From Candidatus Bathyarchaeota archaeon (GTDB lineage: Archaea > Thermoproteota > Bathyarchaeia > Bathyarchaeales > Bathycorpusculaceae): a stretch of DNA of 64,000 bases. The notes beneath the pieces were generated by a model, which was not told the origin of the DNA, did no database searches, and saw only the letters and a program-made list of their open reading frames with translations. This document shows, piece after piece, positions 60,029 through 64,000 of this stretch; within the stretch, counting starts at the first letter, position 1, and each line of letters opens with the position of its first letter. The position numbers were made by a program, and so were the translations under genes. The stretch spans positions 2,282,765-2,346,764 of the forward strand of contig OY970176.1 in assembly GCA_963707955.1 (NCBI GenBank), written 5' to 3'.

Positions 60029-61690
60029 GTGCCGAAGAAGCGACATCAGGTTTTCTTAACATTTGACGCTGAAGGTCCAGCACCACACGAAGATGTCTTG
60101 GACCAAAGAACGCAATTCATTCTAATGGCAATCTTGAGAAAGCTCAGGAGAAACAAGCTGAGAGGACTGTTCTTTCTTCCTGGAAGCGTGGCTTGGACCG
60201 TTCAAAAACACCCTGAACTAATGGCGGCTTTGCAACCGCATGAGATAGGATACCACTATTCAACTCATTCGATGAGACCGCTGATTTTTGAGTTTACAGA
60301 CATCCCAAACTACAACGCAGCCATCGAGGTCTCGATTGAGAAGGAAACACAACTTTCCCGATCAGGCGTAGCAAAAAATGTTCAAGGAAAAGGACTTTTG
60401 GCCTTTCAAGAGATGTTTCCTGAATGGAACATAGTCTCGTTCAGAGCACCGTTTATGAGTTGGTCTCCTCCGCATCTTGAAGCGCTGCAGTCACTCGGGA
60501 TATCTTACGACTTCTCTTCATCAGTGACCGATAGGCCATTCTACTATCGAGGCGTAATGTTCTACCCGCCTGCGCTGCCCCTTGATGGAATCCCAAACAT
60601 CGTGGGTTTCTGGGGGAAAAGTCCATTGAATGCAAAGAACGGAGGGTCAAAACTAAACCTGACTCTTCCAACGATACTCAGAGGTTCTTGCACGGTGTTA
60701 TCATTGCATCCCGCCCGACTTGTCTTCAAGACTCGAAGGAACTACTTGAAAAAGGACTCAAAGAACATCGAACGCGGGTCTTTGGATGTCGCGATAAGAC
60801 TATGCGTAATTGAATTGACGTTCAGAATGCTTAACATCTTGCAAAGAATGAAACTAATCGCAGTCACTCCTTCGCTGAAAATTGAGAAAGAAACCATTCC
60901 AGAATTTAACCTAAAAGAAGCATACAATCGAAGCGCCTACGCTGCAAGAAAACTCTTTCATTACGACCCAAGATTCTTGTACTCGCACTTTAAGAGATTC
61001 TTCGATTTGAGCAACTATGAGAATAGTTTTTCTTTTGAAGCCAAATCAGCAAGTGCAATTCAACAGGGAATCATGTGGAGAGTTGAGGCCCAGATCGAAA
61101 GACAGGTTGCAATGAAGGGCGGACTCCGCAAATGGCTAAAAGACACTTTCAAGGGGGCAAATCGAGAGATTCTGTATAGGATAGATGCCTCATCTGACAA
61201 GGCTCCCGAATATCAGATGACTTCAAGGTTTGGATGCGATAAGCATGGAAGAGACATAGAAAGCGGTCTAAAAGAATATGTTAGGCTTTTGAGAACTCGA
61301 GATTCGAAGCTTCATACTGTATTGGTTTTAGGGTCGAGAGTTAAAGGAACATGGTTGCCAGGAAGTGACGTTGACGTAACGATTATTTCCGACAGTTTAT
61401 CAAGCAAAAATCTGGACCCCATTTCCCAAAGACTCTACGAATTGAAAGTCCATTTTCGATATTCTGACAGGCCATTGAACCTCGGAATCGTGGCGAGTTG
61501 TTACTATTCGAGGAACGAATTCATCAGATCTATTGAAAAATTTGATTTCCAAGCGCTCGACGCCCTGTTTTATGGCAAGGTAATATATGACGATGGTTTT
61601 TGGCCAGTAGCGATGGACAGGTATAAAGAATTAGAGAGAAGATATGGGCTCACTAGAGACAGCCTGAAGAAAATAGTCAAAGATGCCTAA
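60029..61690 (+). CDS. CE4 polysaccharide deacetylase fused to a Pol-beta-type nucleotidyltransferase domain
   Basis: LTFDAE, HEIGYH..TH, FRAP; C-terminal VLGSRVKG....SDVDV. Confidence 0.8.
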   Translation: MPKKRHQVFLTFDAEGPAPHEDVLDQRTQFILMAILRKLRRNKLRGLFFLPGSVAWTVQKHPELMAALQPHEIGYHYSTHSMRPLIFEFTDIPNYNAAIEVSIEKETQLSRSGVAKNVQGKGLLAFQEMFPEWNIVSFRAPFMSWSPPHLEALQSLGISYDFSSSVTDRPFYYRGVMFYPPALPLDGIPNIVGFWGKSPLNAKNGGSKLNLTLPTILRGSCTVLSLHPARLVFKTRRNYLKKDSKNIERGSLDVAIRLCVIELTFRMLNILQRMKLIAVTPSLKIEKETIPEFNLKEAYNRSAYAARKLFHYDPRFLYSHFKRFFDLSNYENSFSFEAKSASAIQQGIMWRVEAQIERQVAMKGGLRKWLKDTFKGANREILYRIDASSDKAPEYQMTSRFGCDKHGRDIESGLKEYVRLLRTRDSKLHTVLVLGSRVKGTWLPGSDVDVTIISDSLSSKNLDPISQRLYELKVHFRYSDRPLNLGIVASCYYSRNEFIRSIEKFDFQALDALFYGKVIYDDGFWPVAMDRYKELERRYGLTRDSLKKIVKDA

Positions 61691-61755
61691 ACGCAAACTT
61701 CAAAGCATTCACGTAAAGTTGTGAAGTTTTTCCATCACTGGAAGTCTGATTTAGT

Positions 61756-62958
61756 TTGGTCAAAGTGGCATTGGTGTCTGCAGCTTATCCTCCGTATTCT
61801 TTTGGCGGCATAGATACGCAGACTTTTGACTTGGCACATGGGCTCTCTTCTGAGGGTGTTGATGTCACCGTTTTTTGCGGATATGCTAAGCAACCGACGC
61901 TCACACAAGAAAACCGAAACCTTAGGATTTGCCGTCTTCCACTGTATGATATCCCACCGCGAGTTCTCTCGTTTCAGCTGAGAAACGTGGACTACTTCAA
62001 AAAGAACCTGGGAAACTTCGATGTGGTTCATGCACAACATTCCTCCGGATCAGTAATCGGGCTCCTGAAAAAGAGAATTGGAAAACCGTGGATCGTTTCG
62101 TTCCACGATCATCAACTTAGACGATTATCGATCGCCCTCAGTCTTAGGCCTTGGGACCTGAATCTGAGTGATATGCTCTTTTTCAGCGCAGGTTACCCTC
62201 TATTCGAGTTCATGACAAGAATAGAAATAAAGTACGCTGATCATTACATCGCATGCGGTTTCTCTGGGTTTGAAGACTACGTACGTTACAGCAAGATGGC
62301 TATTGACAAAACAACCCTAATCCAAAATGGGATAGACCTTGCTAAGATTGAGTCAGCGGCGAGATCTTTTAAAGAGACAAGAAGCGACCCTGAGCAAGAT
62401 GGCGGGCTTACTATCTTCACGTGCGGCCGACTCTACACTTCAAAGGGGGTACAATATCTGATCAGAGCGATGCTGGAGGTGGTCAGAAATTTCCCAGATG
62501 TTCATTTGAAGATATTTGGCAAAGGGCCTCTCCGTTCTCGCCTTGAAACATTGATAAATCACCTAGGATTGTCCAACAATGCTAGCTTGGAAGGGCACGT
62601 TCCCTATGACAGACTTATGTATGAGATGAACAAGTGTGACCTGGCTGTTTTTCCATCTCTAATCGAAGTTGGTGCGAGCCTTGCTGTCATGGAGGCCATG
62701 GGTTTCAGCAAGACCGTTGTTGCCTTCAATTATCCTTTCACCACGGAAATAATAGAGCACCTGAGAACAGGATATATCGTGCAACCCAAACACGTTGAGG
62801 AGCTTGGAAATGCCATTTGTTTTTTGCTCGGAGACAAAAAATTACGAAGGAAACTGGGCGAAAACGCCCATTCAAAAATAGTAAACGACCACAACTGGAA
62901 TGATATTGTCAAGAAGTACATCCAGGTCTACCGAAATGTCATTCAAGCAAGAAGCTAA
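61756..62958 (+). CDS. Glycosyltransferase family 4
   Basis: YPPYSFGG, GRL..SKG, FPSLIE...VMEAM. Confidence 0.93.
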   Translation: MVKVALVSAAYPPYSFGGIDTQTFDLAHGLSSEGVDVTVFCGYAKQPTLTQENRNLRICRLPLYDIPPRVLSFQLRNVDYFKKNLGNFDVVHAQHSSGSVIGLLKKRIGKPWIVSFHDHQLRRLSIALSLRPWDLNLSDMLFFSAGYPLFEFMTRIEIKYADHYIACGFSGFEDYVRYSKMAIDKTTLIQNGIDLAKIESAARSFKETRSDPEQDGGLTIFTCGRLYTSKGVQYLIRAMLEVVRNFPDVHLKIFGKGPLRSRLETLINHLGLSNNASLEGHVPYDRLMYEMNKCDLAVFPSLIEVGASLAVMEAMGFSKTVVAFNYPFTTEIIEHLRTGYIVQPKHVEELGNAICFLLGDKKLRRKLGENAHSKIVNDHNWNDIVKKYIQVYRNVIQARS

Positions 62959-62975
62959 AAGAGCTTGCATAAAGA

Positions 62976-63626
62976 ATGAAAAATAGTTATTTGATCTGCT
63001 TCACGGGCGTTGATGGTTCAGGCAAGACTACGCATGCAAAATCTCTACAAAAATACTTAGAAGACAAAGGATATACATGCAAGTATGTATGGGGAACTTC
63101 GAGACCGATATTTTCTTATGCCTTCTTAGTGTTCGCAAGATCGCTCGGCTATTGGAAAAAGACCAAGAAAAACGTTTACACAGATCCATTAGAGTACGCT
63201 CCAAGTGAACTTGCTTCAAAGCTGGGAAGAATATGGCGACTCTTCGTTTTCGCTGACTTCCAGATAAAAACTTTGGTCAAGACAAGACCATTCTTGATGC
63301 TCAGAAAGATCGTTATTTTAGATAGATATTTCTACGATCTGCTCATGGACCTTCGCGTTAGCCACACGTCTTCAGAAGAATTCGTCCGAAGAATCTCAAA
63401 AACTCTGCCCAGACCGCAATTAACTTTCTTGCTTGACGCACCTCCGAGCCTGACAGCCCAAAGACGCGGTTTCGCTTGGCACGATCTCAAAACAAAAAGA
63501 GAAGCATTCTTACAAATTGGACAGCAATTTCAATTCTGCGTCGTAGACTCTTCGCAAGATTTCAATGTGAACCAGCAGAGAATCCGAGATTTGATCTTAG
63601 CAAGAATCGAGAAAAACTCGCCTTGA
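62976..63626 (+). CDS. Thymidylate-kinase-like P-loop kinase
   Basis: GVDGSGKTT, ILDRYFYD, PRPQLTFLLDA. Confidence 0.85.
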   Translation: MKNSYLICFTGVDGSGKTTHAKSLQKYLEDKGYTCKYVWGTSRPIFSYAFLVFARSLGYWKKTKKNVYTDPLEYAPSELASKLGRIWRLFVFADFQIKTLVKTRPFLMLRKIVILDRYFYDLLMDLRVSHTSSEEFVRRISKTLPRPQLTFLLDAPPSLTAQRRGFAWHDLKTKREAFLQIGQQFQFCVVDSSQDFNVNQQRIRDLILARIEKNSP

Positions 63627-63647
63627 TTTGAACGAAGCAGGTTCCTG

Positions 63648-64000
63648 ATGCGAAAGATCATCCTTATTTGCGAAGGTTTGCACGACCAGACAATAGTGGC
63701 CCAACCTTGGAAGCACGTTATTGAACTAGCTACTCGCATGAAAAAACTCGGAATCGACGTAGAAATAGTTTCTGACAAACTACCTGGAAAAGAGGAGAGC
63801 AAAGAAATTAATTCTGTCCCGATTGAAAGAGTGAACAAGAAAGGCTTGTTTCTTGATACAAAAGCGCTCGCGAAATTGCTGAACCAAGAAAAGCCTAACA
63901 TAGTGAACTGGCATTGCAGTGACATTTGGTCTTCTTTCTATTTCTGGCGGCTGAGGAAAAAAACAGATTTCAATATGGTATGGACATTGCATTCTGGGCC
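63648..64000 (+). CDS. Probable GT4 N-terminal domain (runs off the window)
   Basis: Manual translation MRKIILICEG...QPWKHVIELATRMKKLGIDVEIV...KPNIVNWH...VWTLHS. Confidence 0.65.
   Translation, partial: MRKIILICEGLHDQTIVAQPWKHVIELATRMKKLGIDVEIVSDKLPGKEESKEINSVPIERVNKKGLFLDTKALAKLLNQEKPNIVNWHCSDIWSSFYFWRLRKKTDFNMVWTLHSG

Overview
Archaeal DNA, most consistent with Bathyarchaeia: thermosome, HdrA/HdrA-MvhD, cofD/cofE, PEF-CTERM-type NosD surface proteins, DUF1616. (1) About 1-32.8 kb is an accessory mosaic of stand-alone genes and broken gene pieces. Its junctions are marked by about 19 perfect GCGCGCGC palindromes window-wide, nearly all intergenic. It also carries six copies of a ~120-bp element ending in different tRNA-3'-end-like tails, remnants resembling Cas1 and tyrosine-integrase C-termini, and a module of secreted 69-aa peptide, double Lrp regulator, solo TFB-like domain and output domain that may be a peptide signalling system. 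(2) 32.9-40.4 kb holds polyferredoxin-hdrA-hdrA/mvhD, divergent from cofD-cofE. (3) 40.9-64 kb is a surface-glycan modification cluster (GT2/GT4, CE4 deacetylases, GNATs, PaaK-like ligase, radical SAMs) that embeds hemA, hemL and a divergent hemB, with no hemC/hemD in the window. All family calls come from motif recognition by eye; no database searches were run.
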